DNA of 64,000 nucleotides from Malacoraja senta (GCA_038087875.1 JAXLNO010000220.1:1-64000), one strand, 5' to 3'. Counted from the stretch's first letter, positions 1 to 12,770 are shown. Notes: generated from the sequence alone by a model not told the origin. Translations and numbers: made by a program.

Positions 1-135
1 GTCTGTGCAACCCCTTAAGAATTTTGTACGTTTCTATAAGATCCCCCCTCAATCTTCTAAATTCTAGCGAGTCCAAGCCGAGTCTATCCAGTCTTTCTTC
101 ATATGAAAGTCCTGCCATCCCAGGAATCAGTCTGA
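1..135 (-). mobile_element. CR1-clade LINE fragment (C-terminal RT region)
   Basis: Near-identical to part of the CR1 copies at 6088-6970 and 61150-64000. Confidence 0.85.
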
Positions 136-580
136 TGGCAAAATCAAGTTGCTTCTCATTTAGCTCACTCCCATGTTCTCAAATTAGCTGGCATGGCCCC
201 CCTTCTTTATGACTGTACCACATAGGAAAGTGGACATGGTGGGCTATGAATCTCTTTGAGACATCCTGAGAGCATGCCTTTAAAGCATTGCTTAAATGCA
301 AGTGCGTCCGTTATTTATGACCCACAAATGTCGCTGCTGTGAATGAGTTATACAGGTCTTTCAAAGACACACAATAAAATGTTTCTGCTTTTCCATCACC
401 CTCTGCTATCACAAATACAAAAGTCCTTCACATAATGCAACACATAAATAACAACAGAGAGCATCTTTAGTAGATTAAAATGTCCTCGAGCACCTCTCAA
501 GACACAAGAACAGATACAGATAAATTGTTTTCGAGCGTACATTAAACTTTCAGAAGTCCTTCAATAAAAATTGCCACTCA

Positions 581-1401
581 GAAGAGAATCAAAATACACA
601 GGACAAGATGTTAAGAAGTCCCTTGTGCCAATAGGTGGGGAGCATTTCACGACATTCGTTGATTGTTGAGAGAGTGGTAGACGCTCAACATCGGGGGGGG
701 GGTAACCTTCAGGACAGTTGGGCACAGGAGTGTACCCTTGCATCACTGGGTGTTTCGGCCTTTTAACACTATACACCCTCCACAAGGGCGGCCCGCTGCA
801 GGATGATCAACCCTCAGCGCATGTCCCGTGTCAAACCGTCCCAAAGATTCACCCCGACATACTTGGGGGCCCAGCATGGGTCTTTCCGCTTGAGCCAAAT
901 CCACCGGCTGCTTCTTTCAGCCGCCTCTGAGAGTGATCTTATGGTCTTCCGCAGAGCCTGACCGTGGATTCCAAGCTCCTTCAGCAGTCTGATGGTAGAT
1001 GACGCAACAAATCCTCTGCATCCCACTTCAACTGGATAGACTTTGGTGTTCCAGCCACGCTGCGTTGCCTCTGCTGCAAACTCTGCGTAGCGCAGCTTCT
1101 TACGCTCATAGGCCTCCTCAACAGAGTTCTCCCATGGAACTGTGAGCTCTATGATGTAAGCAGTCTTCTGTGAAGGGGACCAGAACACCAAGTCTGGCCT
1201 GAGGTTGGTGGAAGCAATTTCAGGTGGAAATATTAGTTGTCGGCCGATATCCGCCAGCATCCTCCAGTCACGGGCCCTGCATTGGCTTCCTTCTTCTGAT
1301 CTGGTGGAAGGAAGTTTAGAAGTTTTCTGTCCTTCTCGGACAAAAGTTGTTACCCTTAGGGAGGGGGGTTGCTTGCTCTCGGAGGCAAGGAGTTGGTCAC
1401 A
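581..1401 (-). mobile_element. 5'-truncated non-LTR retrotransposon with restriction-like endonuclease (HERO/R2/NeSL-type), C-terminus plus 3' UTR
   Basis: ORF 814-1404 has RPDLVFWS..AYIIELTVPWE..AYERKKLRY..PVEVGCRGF (RLE PD-(D/E)xK signature); bounded by a ~90-bp direct repeat at 491-580 and 1402-1492. Confidence 0.85.
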
Positions 1402-1569
1402 CACCTCTCAAGACACAAGAACAGATACAGATAAATTGTTTTCGAGCGTACATTTAAACTTTCAGAAGTCCTTCAATAAAAATTGCCACTCAAAACTAGA
1501 TTGCATGGCGTTAGGCTCAAAATACCAATATGGATTTAAGAGTTAACAAACAGTAAACTGACTATATTC

Positions 1570-1830
1570 TCACAATGTGGCTACCTTTACATCGGTGAGA
1601 CCAAGCGTACGAGGCGAGCAGTTGAGCTCAGTCTGCCAAGACCTGCTGGATCCCTCAGTTGCTAAACATTTTAAGGGTCCCCCTCCCACTCAAATACTGA
1701 CCTTGCTGTCCTGGGCCCCTATTGCCAGAGGGAGGCTATGCACCAACTGGGAGATCAGCACCTCATATTCTGTCTGAGTAGCTTCCAACCCCAATGATAT
1801 GAACATTGAATTCTCCAATTTAGATAAACA
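1570..1830 (+). mobile_element. Degenerate Penelope-like GIY-YIG endonuclease fragment
   Basis: tacatcggtgagaccaagcg (YIGETKR) through gaacattgaattctcc, homologous to 24794-25050 and 55261-55581. Confidence 0.7.
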
Positions 1831-2240
1831 ACCTACAAACACCCCTCCTCCCTTTTCCCCTTCTTCCACGCATTAGTTCCCCCCCCCCCCCCACTCTTCC
1901 TTGTACCCCATCTGGATGTGAACCCATTTCTCTCTTTCTCCTTCCCCCTCATCCCCTTGCGCCTTTGGGTTGAGAAAGCCAGTCCCAGTGGGATGCCCCA
2001 GGGTTTAGTGCTGGGGCCTAATCTATACAATACCATCGATCTTTTTATCCAAGTTTACTGATAATGGGTGGCAGAGAGAATTGTGAGATGCACACAAAGA
2101 GGCTCTAGGGGGGATAGAGACAGGCTAAGTGAAAGGACATGGGCATAAAAGGGAATATAATGTGAGATCATCCACTTTACTAAGAAAAAAAGATCAAACA
2201 TATTTTGTTGGTGTTCAAAAGAGACCTGGTTAGAATCCAC

Positions 2241-3087
2241 CGGGTGGCGCCAGCAATGGCTGCCTCGCGCAACAGTCTGTCATGTCCCTTTTCGGTTTTC
2301 ATAATTTCAAGTATATCTTAAATGTGAGTTTCAATGTATATTGGCTAGCTTATGTGGTGGGAATAGGAGGGGAAACTTACCTCGACGGAGATGCGACTTT
2401 CCCAGTGTTCCATCTCCGCCCCCCCCCCCCCCCCATGTGTTTCAATGTTTCTTGGTTAGTTTATGTGGGGGGAATAGGGGGGGAAACTTTTTTGCAGTCA
2501 CTTACCTCGACCGAGATGCGACTTTGCCAGTGTCCCATCTCCGCCCCCCCCCACTGCCTAACAACTGGATTGATGCGGCCTTTCCTGGAGACCGGCCTAA
2601 AAGGAGCTTCCAGCCGCAGGCGCGGCGCGTACTTTAACATCGCGGAGTTGCGATCCTTTGCCGAGGATCGCCAGAAGAAGTTGTCCGACTTTAGGCCTGT
2701 GGACTTTAACACCGTGAAGCCGTGGTCTCTGGTAAGAAGCGGCCGACTCAGGAACTCCCCCTTGCCGCTGAGTGTTCCGATCCGTCCCGACGTCGGAGTT
2801 TCGATCATCCCGACGCGAGGGCTTCGGACATCGGATCGTCGGCAGCGGCGACTGCGGAGGGTTCAAAGGCCCCGACCACGGGTGAACAAAGGAGGAAGAT
2901 GACTGAACTTTATTGCCTTCCATCACAGTGAGGAATGTGGATTCCACTGTGGTGGATGTTTAATGTTAAACTTTATTTTATGCGTGTATTGTGTTCTTTT
3001 CATTTAGTATGGCTGAATGGTAACTACAAGTTTCACTGTACCATAATCGGTTAAGTGACAATAAATGCGAACTTGAACTTGAACTTG
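2241..3087 (+). mobile_element. GC-rich non-autonomous retroposon with Rex1/Babar-like 3' tail
   Basis: Ends gacaataaa..(aacttg)n like the Rex1 copy ending at ~36020; 5' end and tail shared with 30828-31200; tail also at 29760-29960, 45160-45470, 45838-46025. Confidence 0.6.
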
Positions 3088-3573
3088 GTTTCAAGTGATT
3101 CACTGAAAACTAACACGCAGTTTCAGCTTGCAAATGGAAAGACACATGATATCTTGGGCCTTTAATATAAGAAAATTTGAGGACAAAAATAGAGGCCTCA
3201 TGATCAAATTATGTAGACTGGAGCCTTGATGAGACTGCATTTGAAATATTTTGCACGGGACCCTATCTAAGAAAGGATACATTTGTGATGATTCACAATA
3301 TTGATTCCGGAGAACTACATTCTGACCTCAGTATCTCCCTATTCTACTTATTTTAACTATCGTACGAGTTTGATGATTGCATTTATGTATGGTACATCTC
3401 ATCTTTGTATAACATGCAAATCAGAGCTTTTCATTGTACCTTGGTACACGAGAAAATAATAAACTTAAACCTAAAGCACTAGCCCAGTCCAGTGATACAC
3501 AGCATGAAAACTGGCCATTCGGACCATCAAATTATAGCATCCGACAATCACCCTGTACATTAGTTCTATCTTA

Positions 3574-3670
3574 CAATAGACACATAAAGTTCGAGTAACT
3601 CAGCGGGGCAGGCAGCATCTCTGGAGAGAAGGAATGGGTGACGTTTCGGGTCAAGACCCTTCTTCAGACT
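3574..3670 (-). mobile_element. Hammerhead-bearing Penelope-derived mini-element inserted in a SINE tail
   Basis: Reverse strand CTGAAGAagggtcttgacccGAAACGTC at 3640-3667; imperfect TSD ctatctta/ctatccta. Confidence 0.75.
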
Positions 3671-3880
3671 ATCCTAAACACTAGGGACAATTTACAGAAG
3701 CCAATTCACCTACAAACCTGCAAGTCTTTGGAATGTGGGAGACCGAAGCACCCTGAGAAAACCCACGGTCACAGGGAGAACGTACGAACTCCAAATAGAC
3801 AGCACCCGTAGTCTGGTTCGGACCCCGGTCTCTGGTGTTGTAAGGCAGCAACTCTACCGCTGCGCCACTGTGTCGCCCAC
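3670..3880 (-). mobile_element. HE1/V-SINE (tRNA-derived)
   Basis: tRNA-like head (gcggtagagttgctgcc..gggtccgaacc) and V-domain matching the other copies. Confidence 0.8.
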
Positions 3881-3903
3881 AAAAGGAAGCACAAAGAGTA
3901 TTA

Positions 3904-4419
3904 AGGGCCTGTCCCACTTGCATGCGATTGCGTGCGTTTGGCGCGACTAACCGGAAGCGGAGTTCACGCGAAGTTCGCGCTAAGTTCGCGAGTGATGTCA
4001 TTTACGCCATGCTTACAAATTAGCTGGGCCGGAGGCGGGCCGACTGAATTTGGGCGTCGCACGGCGATGGGCGGTGACATCATCACGCAACACCACGCCG
4101 GGCGGTGGACGTCATCACGCAACACCACGCGCTAGGGATACGCTGTCAAGATGCTGCGTACGACGTCAAGACGCAGCGTACGACCGCAATGCGCCTGCGT
4201 GTGTACGTGGGCCTACAGGCCGTTGGCGCGCAAAGATTTCGTTCACTGCAAGAATTTCGGAGCCCCGCGCGATGTCGGGACCAGCCCTGCACAACTCCCA
4301 TACCCCTCCGCGCTTCTTAGTGGGACCGGCCCCGTGCGGCCATACGGTGCCCGTACGCCTCAAGCGACCACGAGGTCGCGTAATTTGCGAGCCAAGGTCG
4401 CGTAAGTGGGACAGGCCCT
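3904..4419. mobile_element. MITE, PIF/Harbinger-type
   Basis: TIR agggcctgtcccact / agtgggacaggccct; TTA TSD (3901-3903, 4420-4422); GC-rich non-coding interior. Confidence 0.85.
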
Positions 4420-5145
4420 TTAAGTCTTGAAAAATTAGAGATGTGCATATTGAAATGTACAGAGTCCTTAAGAGGTAGAGTTTTTAGAACTAGGGTTCAT
4501 AATTACAAAGTGATGGGCCAGCCGTACACAACAGGGTTGAGAGGAAATCCTTCAATGTCTCTCGAGCTTCCTTAAACACTCCACCTCCCAACTGTAAATC
4601 CCACCATCCTACGCAGCAGATAAGTAGTGACAGCAAAAACTGGCGCAGCCAATTCAAGCACGCCCACTTGTGCTGCTCTCATATTCTTCTTCTTCTGTTG
4701 ACAAAACACACTCGGCATGTCTAGAAATTTAGATGGAAGTCAGCACGCCAAGAACAAAACATCAGTAAAAAAAACAAAAAAAACCCCGCAATGTTTGACA
4801 GGGTGGAAGAAGGGAGAAGAGAATCAAAAATAATGTGTCATTCACAGTATCATTCTTCCTTGGATAGATCTCACCACTTTGTGTAGCCTTATTTTCACCC
4901 AAGCTTATTAAGTTCTGCACAATTCTGCCTAAATACACAGTACAGCATTCATTTTCTTCAGGAGAATTCTGCTGGGTTGAAATGGTGATCGTTTTCAGAA
5001 ACTTGGGTGAATTCCCATTATATTCACAATATTATGCTTATTAATTGCTCTTCCCTCAACCCCTATCAATCCTCCAGTTCTGATCCAGAAGACCACACTT
5101 AGTCTTGTTGGCATGGATCCGCATTTCACAGCCTCCTCTGGCTTT

Positions 5146-5194
5146 TCATTGATTGCTTTCTAGCTCATCTTCACCAGTTGACAGCAGCTGATAA
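5146..5194 (-). CDS. Candidate terminal coding exon of an unidentified host gene (YQLLSTGEDELESNQ*)
   Basis: Acceptor tttacccacAG; unique sequence; phase-compatible with candidate exon 10895-11036. Confidence 0.3.
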
Positions 5195-5414
5195 CTGTGG
5201 GTAAACGTTCACAATTTTAACTATTAACTTGGCCAAACACTTAATGATAACTGGCACTTCTAGATGCAATGTTGATTGGAATAAGTCACTGTATGGTGAC
5301 AATGGGCCAAATCGAGCTGGCTAAGGGTGGCAGTTCCAAAGAGAACCACCAGTATACAGCTACATCTGGGTAAATGCACATCCCTGCCTAAGTCAGGACA
5401 AACAGAATTCAAAG

Positions 5415-5725
5415 TTTTAGTTTTTCATTTTAGAGATACAGCGCGGAAACAGGCCCCTTCGCCCCACAGAGTCCGCACCGACCAGCGATCCCCCACACAC
5501 TAACACTATCCTACGCACATGAGGGACAATTTTACATTTACACCAAGCCAATTAACCTACAAACATGTACGTCTTTGGAGTGTGGGAGGAAACAGAAGAT
5601 CTCGGAGAAAACCCACGCAGGCCACGGGGAGAAGGTACAAACTCCTTACGGACAAGCGCCCGTAGTCAGGATCGAACCCGGGACTCTGGCGCTGTAAGGC
5701 AGCAGTTCTACCGCTACGCCACCCT
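5415..5725 (-). mobile_element. HE1/V-SINE, full length
   Basis: tRNA-like A/B boxes, V-domain, tail ggcctgtttccgcgctgtatctctaaa. Confidence 0.9.
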
Positions 5726-6087
5726 AAAACGCCCTGACAGATGCAGCCACATTTGTCATTCCTCTTCCTTGTTGGACTCCCGCTCAGAGCAGCAAAGAGC
5801 ATGGTCATGCAGGGATTCCCTGGCATTATGCTGGTGAGTTGACATTTGTGATTCAACTTCCACCAGTGCTGGCACGGATTTAGAATACCCATTGATTCCA
5901 ATAAGGAATCCCTAACTAATTCAGCACTGAAGCTATTGAGTCCAGAGTTCTGTGAGGGTTTCAGAGACAGATGGGTTTGTGCCAGAAATGGATGTTACAG
6001 AGGTTATGGAGATGAAATTAAAGAGAATTCTAAAGGAGAAGGGTTTGGGGTCAGGTATAACCCAACAGCAGTAGAGCTGCTACACTT

Positions 6088-6970
6088 AGAAACATAGAAA
6101 CATAGAAATTAGGTGCAGGAGTAGGCCATTCGGCCCTTCGAGCCTGCACCGCCATTCAATATGATCATGGCTGATCATCCAACTCAGTATCCCGTACCTG
6201 CCTTCTCTCCATACCCTCTGATCCCTTTAGCCACAAGGGCCACATCTAACTCCCTCTTAAATATAGCCAATGAACTGGCCTCGACTACCCTCTGTGGCAG
6301 AGAGTTCCAGAGATTCACCACTCTCTGTGTGAAAAAAGTTCTTCTCATCTCGGTTTTAAAGGATTTCCCCTTTATCCTTAAGCTGTGACCCCTTGTCCTG
6401 GACTTCCCCAACATCGGGAACAATCTTCCTGCATCTAGCCTGTCCAACCCCATAAGAATTTTGTACGTTTCTATAAGATCCCCTCTCAATCTCCTAAATT
6501 CTAGCGAGTATAAGCCAAGTCTATCCAGTCTTTCTTCATATGAAAGTCCTGACATCCTAGGAATCAGTCTGGTGAACCTTCTCTGCACTCCCTCTATGGC
6601 TATAATGTCCTTCCTCAGATTTGGAGACCAAAACTGTACGCAATACTCCAGGTGTGGTCTCACCAAGACCCTGTACAACTGCAGTAGAACCTCCCTGCTC
6701 CTATACTCAAATCCTCTTGCTATGAAGGCCAACATACCATTCGCTTTCTTCACTGCCTGCTGCACCTGCATGCCTACTTTCAATGACTGGTGTACCATGA
6801 CACCCAGGTCTCGCTGCACCTCCCCATTTCCTAATCGGCCACCATATAGATAATAGTCTGCCTTCCCGTTTTTGCCACCAAAGTGGATAACCTCACATTT
6901 ATCCACATTTTACTGCATCTGCCAAACATTTGCCCACTCACCCAGCCTATCCAAGTCACCTTGCAGTCTC
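6088..6970 (-). mobile_element. CR1 LINE 3' fragment
   Basis: ORF 6184-6906 ([29 protein letters not shown]); 3' UTR hairpin and (ctatgttt)n tail. Confidence 0.95.
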
Positions 6971-7500
6971 CAAACATGTACGTCTTTGGAGTATGGGAGG
7001 AAACAGAAGATCTCGGAGAAAACCCACGCAGGTCACGGGGAGAACGTACAAACTCCTTACGGACAAGCGCCCGTAGTCAGGATCGAACCCGGGTCTCTGG
7101 CGCTGTAAGGCAGTAGTTCTACCGCTACGCCACCCTAAAACACCCTGACAGATGCAGCAACATTTGTCATTCCTCGTCCTTGTTGGACTCCCGCACAGAG
7201 CAGCAAAGAGCATGGTCATGCAGGGATTATGCTGGCATTATGCTGGTGAATTGACATTTGTGATTCAACTTCCACCAGTGCTGGCACGGATTTAGAATAC
7301 CCATTGATTCCAATAAGGAATCCCTAACTAATTCAGCACTGAAGCTATTGAGTCCAGAGTTCTGTGAGGGATTCAGAGACAGATGGGTTTGTGCCAGAAA
7401 TGGATGTTACAGAGGTTATGGAGATGAAATTAAAGAGAATTCTAAAGGAGAAGGGTTTGGGGTCAGGTATAACCCAACAGCAGTAGAGCTGCTACACTTA

Positions 7501-7822
7501 GAAACATAGAAACATAGAAATTAGGTGCAGGAGTAGGCCATTCGGCCCTTCGAGCCTGCACCGCCATTCAATATGATCATGGCTGATCATCCAACTCAGT
7601 ATCCCGTACCTGCCTTCTCTCCATACCCTCTGATCCCTTTAGCCACAAGGGCCACATCTAACTCCCTCTTAAATATAGCCAATGAACTGGCCTCGACTAC
7701 CCTCTGTGGCAGAGAGTTCCAGAGATTCACCACTCTCTGTGTGAAAAAAGTTCTTCTCATCTCGGTTTTAAAGGATTTCCCCCTTATCCTTAAGCTGTGA
7801 CCCCTTGTCCTGGACTTCCCCA
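7501..7822 (-). mobile_element. CR1 LINE 3' fragment
   Basis: ORF 7596-7826; flanked by acactta (7494-7500, 7823-7829). Confidence 0.9.
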
Positions 7823-8221
7823 ACACTTAACGAGATTTGACAGGATATAGCATAGAAGGGCCAGATGAGACTACCCCCATTCTTTAAGCAGGTATTCATG
7901 GAACATATAATGACCTCTTGGCCAGTTAAACATGTGCCACAGCTTTGAAAGCTGTGCAATTTATCGGAGTTGCCTATTCTTTCTCCCCAGACATAGGCAG
8001 CTGATTCTGCAACAAACTGCCAAAGGCTGCAGAGATTGGAAAGCGATAATAAACAATAACCATAGTTACAGGAAATACTGCACGCCCCTAGTGAAGTGAT
8101 AGAAAGGGGGGGTTAGAGAGGTTAAAGATGTTCACAAATGAAGACATTGAAGAGAAAAGGAAAGTTGAAGTCAGGGCTATGGGCAATATGGACGGATGAA
8201 GCTCGATGCCAGTTCTAAAAA

Positions 8222-8522
8222 GGGCGGCACAGCGGTAGAGTTGCTGCCTTACAACAGCAGAGAACCGGGTTCGATCCTGACTACGGGTGCTGTCTGTACG
8301 GAGTTTACACATTCTCCCCGTGACCACGTGGGTTTTCTCTGGGTGCTCCGGTTCCCTCGCACACTTTAAAATCGTACAGGTTTGTAAGTTAAATAGCTTC
8401 GGGTAAAATAGTAAATTGTCCCTAGTGTCTACGATAGTGTTAGTGTATGGGGATCGCTGGTCGGCGCTGGCTCGGCGGGCCAAAGTGCCTGTTTCCGCGC
8501 TGTATCTCTTAAGTCTAAAGTC
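8222..8522 (+). mobile_element. HE1/V-SINE
   Basis: gcggtagagttgctgcc..gggttcgatcc head; V-domain; LINE-type tail. Confidence 0.9.
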
Positions 8523-8742
8523 CAAAAAGGCAGTAGGAAACATATGAGTAAATAATATGTTTAAATCTGCTGTTTGAAGGGCAGGAAATGTACTATTTGG
8601 TCAGCAGTTCAGATGTTGGGAAAAGAGGAGTTAAGATTTTTTTGGGGAGGGCAGCTCAGTAAATAGACTGGACAAAGCCTGGTGGTTCAGAGCACTGGGA
8701 AGGATGTCAGACCAAATATTTTGTAGGGTTCAGCTTCAGTAA

Positions 8743-10451
8743 AGGGACTGTCCCACTTTCCCGAGCTGCTCACGAATTCTCCCGAGGTTTCCCCTTGATT
8801 CAAACTCGGAGAATGTTCGTAACATAGAAACATAGAAACATAGGTGCAGGAGTAGGCCATTCGGCCCTTCGAGCCTGCACCGCCATTCAATATGATCATG
8901 GCTGATCATCCAACTCAGTATCCCGTACCTGCCTTCTCTCCATACCCCCTGATCCCTTTAGCCACAAGGGCCACATCTAACTCCCTCTTAAATATAGCCA
9001 TTGAACTGGCCTCAACTACCTTCTGTGGCAGAGAGTTCCAGAGATTCACCACTCTCTGTGTGAAAAAGTTTTTCCTCATCTCGGTCTTAAAGGATTTCCC
9101 CCTTATCCTTAAACTGTGCCCCCTTGTCCTGGACTTCCCCAACATCGGGAACAATCTTCCTGCATCTAGCCTGTCCAACCCCATAAGAATTTTGTACGTT
9201 TCTATAAGATCCCCTCTCAATCTCCTAAATTCTAGCGTGTATAAGCCAAGTCTATCCAGTCTTTCTTCATATGAAAGTCCTGACATCCCAGGAATCCGTC
9301 TGGTGAATCTTCTCTGCACTCCCTCTACGGCTATAATGTCCTTCCTCAGATTTGGAGACCAAAACTGTACGCAATACTCCAGGTGTGGTCTCACCAAGAC
9401 CCTGTACAACTGCAGTAGAACCTCCCTGCTCCTATACTCAAATCCTCTTGCTATGAAGGCCAACATACCATTCGCTTTCTTCACTGCCTGCTGCACCTGC
9501 ATGCCTACTTTCAATGACTGGTGTACCATGACACCCAGGTCTCGCTGCATCTCCCCATTTCCTAATCGGCCACCATTTAGATAATAGTCTGCCTTCCCGT
9601 TTTTGCCACCAAAGTGGATAACCTCACATTTATCCACATTATACTGCATCTGCCAAACATTTGCCCACTCACCCAGCCTATCCAAGTCACCTTGCAGTCT
9701 CCTAGCATCCTCCTCACAGCTAACACTGCCCCCCAGCTTAGTGTCATCCGCAAACTTGGAGATGTTGCTTTCAATTCCCTCGTCCAGATCATTAATATAA
9801 ATTGTAAATAGCTGGGGTCCCAGCACTGAGCCTTGCGGTACCCCACTAGTCACTGCCTGCCATTGTGAAAAGGACCCGTTTACTCCTACTCTTTGCTTCC
9901 TGTTTGCCAGCCAGTTCTCTATCCACATCAATACTGAACCCCCAATACCGTGTGATTTAAGTTTGTATCCTAATCTCTTATGTGGTACCTTGTCGAAAGC
10001 CTTCTGAAAGTCCAGATACAACACATCCACTGGTTCTCCCCTATCCACTCTACTAGTTACATCCTCGAAAAATTCTATAAGATTCGTCAGACACGATTTA
10101 CCTTTCGTAAATCCATGCTGACTTTGTCCAATGATTTCACCACTTTCCAAACGGGGCCGTAGGAGGCCGTAGATATATCGTAGCGGCTCGTTAGGTCAGC
10201 CGTAGGTACTCGGGGCATTAAATGTTGCAATTTTTCTCCTCCCGACTATCTTTTTACTCGTGGACATTTTTTGTCAGGCTGGAAAAAACGTCCCGACTTA
10301 CCTGATGCCCCAAGTACCTACGGCTGGCATAACGAGCCGCTACGATATATCTACGGACTCCTACGGACTCGTTACGAACATTCTTCGAGTTTGAATCAAG
10401 GGGAAAACTCAGGAGAATTCGTGAGCAGCTCGGGAAAGTGGGACAGGCCCT
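8743..10451. mobile_element. Harbinger-type MITE with long (~140 bp) inverted arms, interrupted by CR1
   Basis: Ends agggactgtcccactttcccgagc / gctcgggaaagtgggacaggccct; TAA TSD (8740-8742, 10452-10454). Confidence 0.85.
8821..10150 (-). mobile_element. CR1 LINE, 5'-truncated, RT domain open
   Basis: 411-aa ORF 8915-10150 with [30 protein letters not shown] motifs. Confidence 0.95.
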
Positions 10452-10633
10452 TAACTAATCCTGAGGGCGGAACGTAAAAGTTCCGAAGTTTTTTACTGCC
10501 CATAAGTTACTTTGTAGAGGGAAGGCTAATAAACATTTCAGAGAGGCAAGGATGATTTTTAAGCATTAACCATTTTGTAGAATATTGAATGCGCAAAATT
10601 GAATATTTTACAATAGGTTTCAATCTATTTCAT

Positions 10634-10851
10634 AACATAGAAACATAGAAAATAGGTGCAGGAGTAGGCCATTCGGCCCTTCGAGCCTGCACCGCCATTC
10701 AATATGATCATGGCTGATCATCCAACTCAGTATCCCGTACCTGCCTTCTCTCCATACCCCCTGATCACTTTAGCCACAAGGGCCACATCTAACTCCCTCT
10801 TAAATATAGCCAATGAACTGGCCTCAACTACCTTCTGTGGCAGAGAATTCA
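10634..10851 (-). mobile_element. CR1 LINE 3' end
   Basis: Same 3' UTR and tail as other copies. Confidence 0.9.
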
Positions 10852-10894
10852 TTGTGTAATATCTAAAAGTTCCTGGTAATCTCGCTTCACAAAC

Positions 10895-11036
10895 CAACCA
10901 TCCATGAAACTATAGTCTCTTAACAGCTCATACAAGCTAATATAACTTTCTGATTCCAACTTCAGCCCCGGTGCCTTGTCCTGCAGTGCGAGACTTGGTC
11001 TATGATGGTGGTCTGAGACTCTGTATCCAGGATTAA
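10895..11036 (-). CDS. Candidate internal coding exon of an unidentified host gene
   Basis: Strong acceptor ttttacttttctctAG; open frame NPGYRVSDHHH..ELLRDYSFMDG; possible GT donors at 10898 and 10894. Confidence 0.35.
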
Positions 11037-11249
11037 CTAGAGAAAAGTAAAATTCTACCACAGATCCAAAACATCCTTCCCCAGGGTATCAAAACGGTAC
11101 AGAGCAAAGTTCATTCATTTTCTGGAATCTGATTCGAAAAACAACTTTCCATCATAAACTGACATTACCAGCAAGAAATTAAAATCTGTTAGCAAAATCA
11201 ACTGGTCCTGGCTACTGAATCAACTATGCATTTCCTGACAGCTTGTTTA

Positions 11250-12000
11250 CCATATAACCATATAACTATATAACAATTACAGCACAGAAACAGGCCATCT
11301 CGGCCCTTCTAGTCCGTGCCGAACACTTACTCTCACCTAGTCCCATCTACCTGCACTCAGACCATAACCCTCCATTCCTTTCCCGTCCATATACCTATCC
11401 TATTTATTTTTAAATGATAAAATCGAACCTGCCTCCACCACTTCCACTGGAAGCTCATTCCACACAGCTACCACTCTCTGAGTAAAGAAGTTCCCCCTCA
11501 TGTTACCCCTAAACTTCTGTCCCTTAATTCTCAAATCATGTCCTCTTGTTTGAATCTTCCCTACTCTCAATGGGAAAAGCTTATCCACGTCAACTCTGTC
11601 TATCCCTCTCATCATTTTAAAGACCTCTATCAAGTCCCCCCTTAACCTTCTGCGCTCCAAAGAATAAAGACCTAACTTGTTCAACCTTTCTCTGTAACTT
11701 AGTTGCTGAAACCCAGGCAACATTCTAGTAAATCTCCTCTGTACTCTTTCTCTATTTTGTTGACATCTTTCCTATAATTTGGCGACCAAAATTGTACTCC
11801 ATACTCCAGAATTGGCCTCACCAATGCCTTGTACATCCCAACTTCTATACTCAATGCTCTGATTTATAAAGGCCAGCACACCAAAAGCTTTCTTTACCAC
11901 CCTATCTACAGGAGATTCCACCTTTAGGGAACTATGCACAGTTATTCCTAGATCCCTCTGTTCAACTGCATTCCTCAATTCGCTACCATTTACCATGTAC
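11250..12000 (-). mobile_element. Second CR1 (HER1-like) subfamily 3' fragment
   Basis: ORFs 11400-11723 and 11772-11996 are CR1 C-terminal; 3' end ggccgagatggcctgtttc resembles the HE1 SINE tail; (ttatatgg)n. Confidence 0.85.
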
Positions 12001-12459
12001 GTATCTTTCTTTTTGTGTGGAGTTTAATCCTGTGGCAATGGTGGAATACACGGCCCAAACAGAAAGGTGTGGGTCAAAGACTGACAGGCAGATTCAGGTA
12101 ATGAAGGGTTAATTTGCAGATGAGTCAGGTGGGGAAGAAAAAGAGTTGAGATGGAGGTGATGGGTGGAGGAGAAACAAGGAACGTTGGGAATGTGACACA
12201 GTACCAGATGGGGAGGTGGTGGGTAGAAGGGAATGGGGCGGGGGAGGGGGGGCGGTGTGAGTGTATGGAAAAAGGGAAAGGAACTGGGTGACAGGATCGG
12301 GGGGGGGGGGGAATTGAAAGAAAGGTGTGTGTGGGGTAGGTGGGAAGCTGGGTAGATGAGATCGAGAGGGGATAGATTTAGCTTGGAAACAGGCCCTTCG
12401 GCCCAACTTGCCCACGCCAACCAAAATGCCCCTTCTACACGAGCCACATACAAACTGGA

Positions 12460-12770
12460 AGAACTGTTTGGGTAACCTACAACCCACAGCATGAACACTG
12501 AATTCTCCATTTCAGGCAAACTCAATTCTCAAGCACCCAGCTCCACCATGTACACCTTTCCCTCCACACCTCGTTCATTCCCTGAACCCACCTCTCACTT
12601 TCCAGCTCTTGCCTCATCTCTTGCCGTCAACCCTCTAGCTTTCTCCCCTCTATCCCACTAGACCCTGGAAATAAACCCAACCTGAAACGTCATCCATCCA
12701 TCTCCCATCACAGATGCTGCCTGACCTGCTGAGAGCCTCCCGTAGTTGGGTTTTTTTTGCTCGGTGTCGG
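12460..12770 (+). mobile_element. Old Penelope-like 3' region with decayed terminal repeat
   Basis: catgaacactgaattctcc..cctgaaacgtcatccat..agatgctgcctgacctgctgag. Confidence 0.55.

Larger units (their letters stand above)
5560..7822. repeat. Local tandem duplication (~5560-6412 vs ~6971-7822)
   Basis: SINE head, unique DNA and LINE 3' end repeated with few differences. Confidence 0.9.

Noticed and set aside
690..770. GAAAC..CTGAAGG on the minus strand in the RLE element 3' UTR as a possible hammerhead
   Set aside because: Core deviates from CUGAnGA and no consistent stems could be drawn
8222..8290. tRNA-like sequences
   Set aside because: SINE heads continuing into V-domain and LINE tail, not tRNA genes
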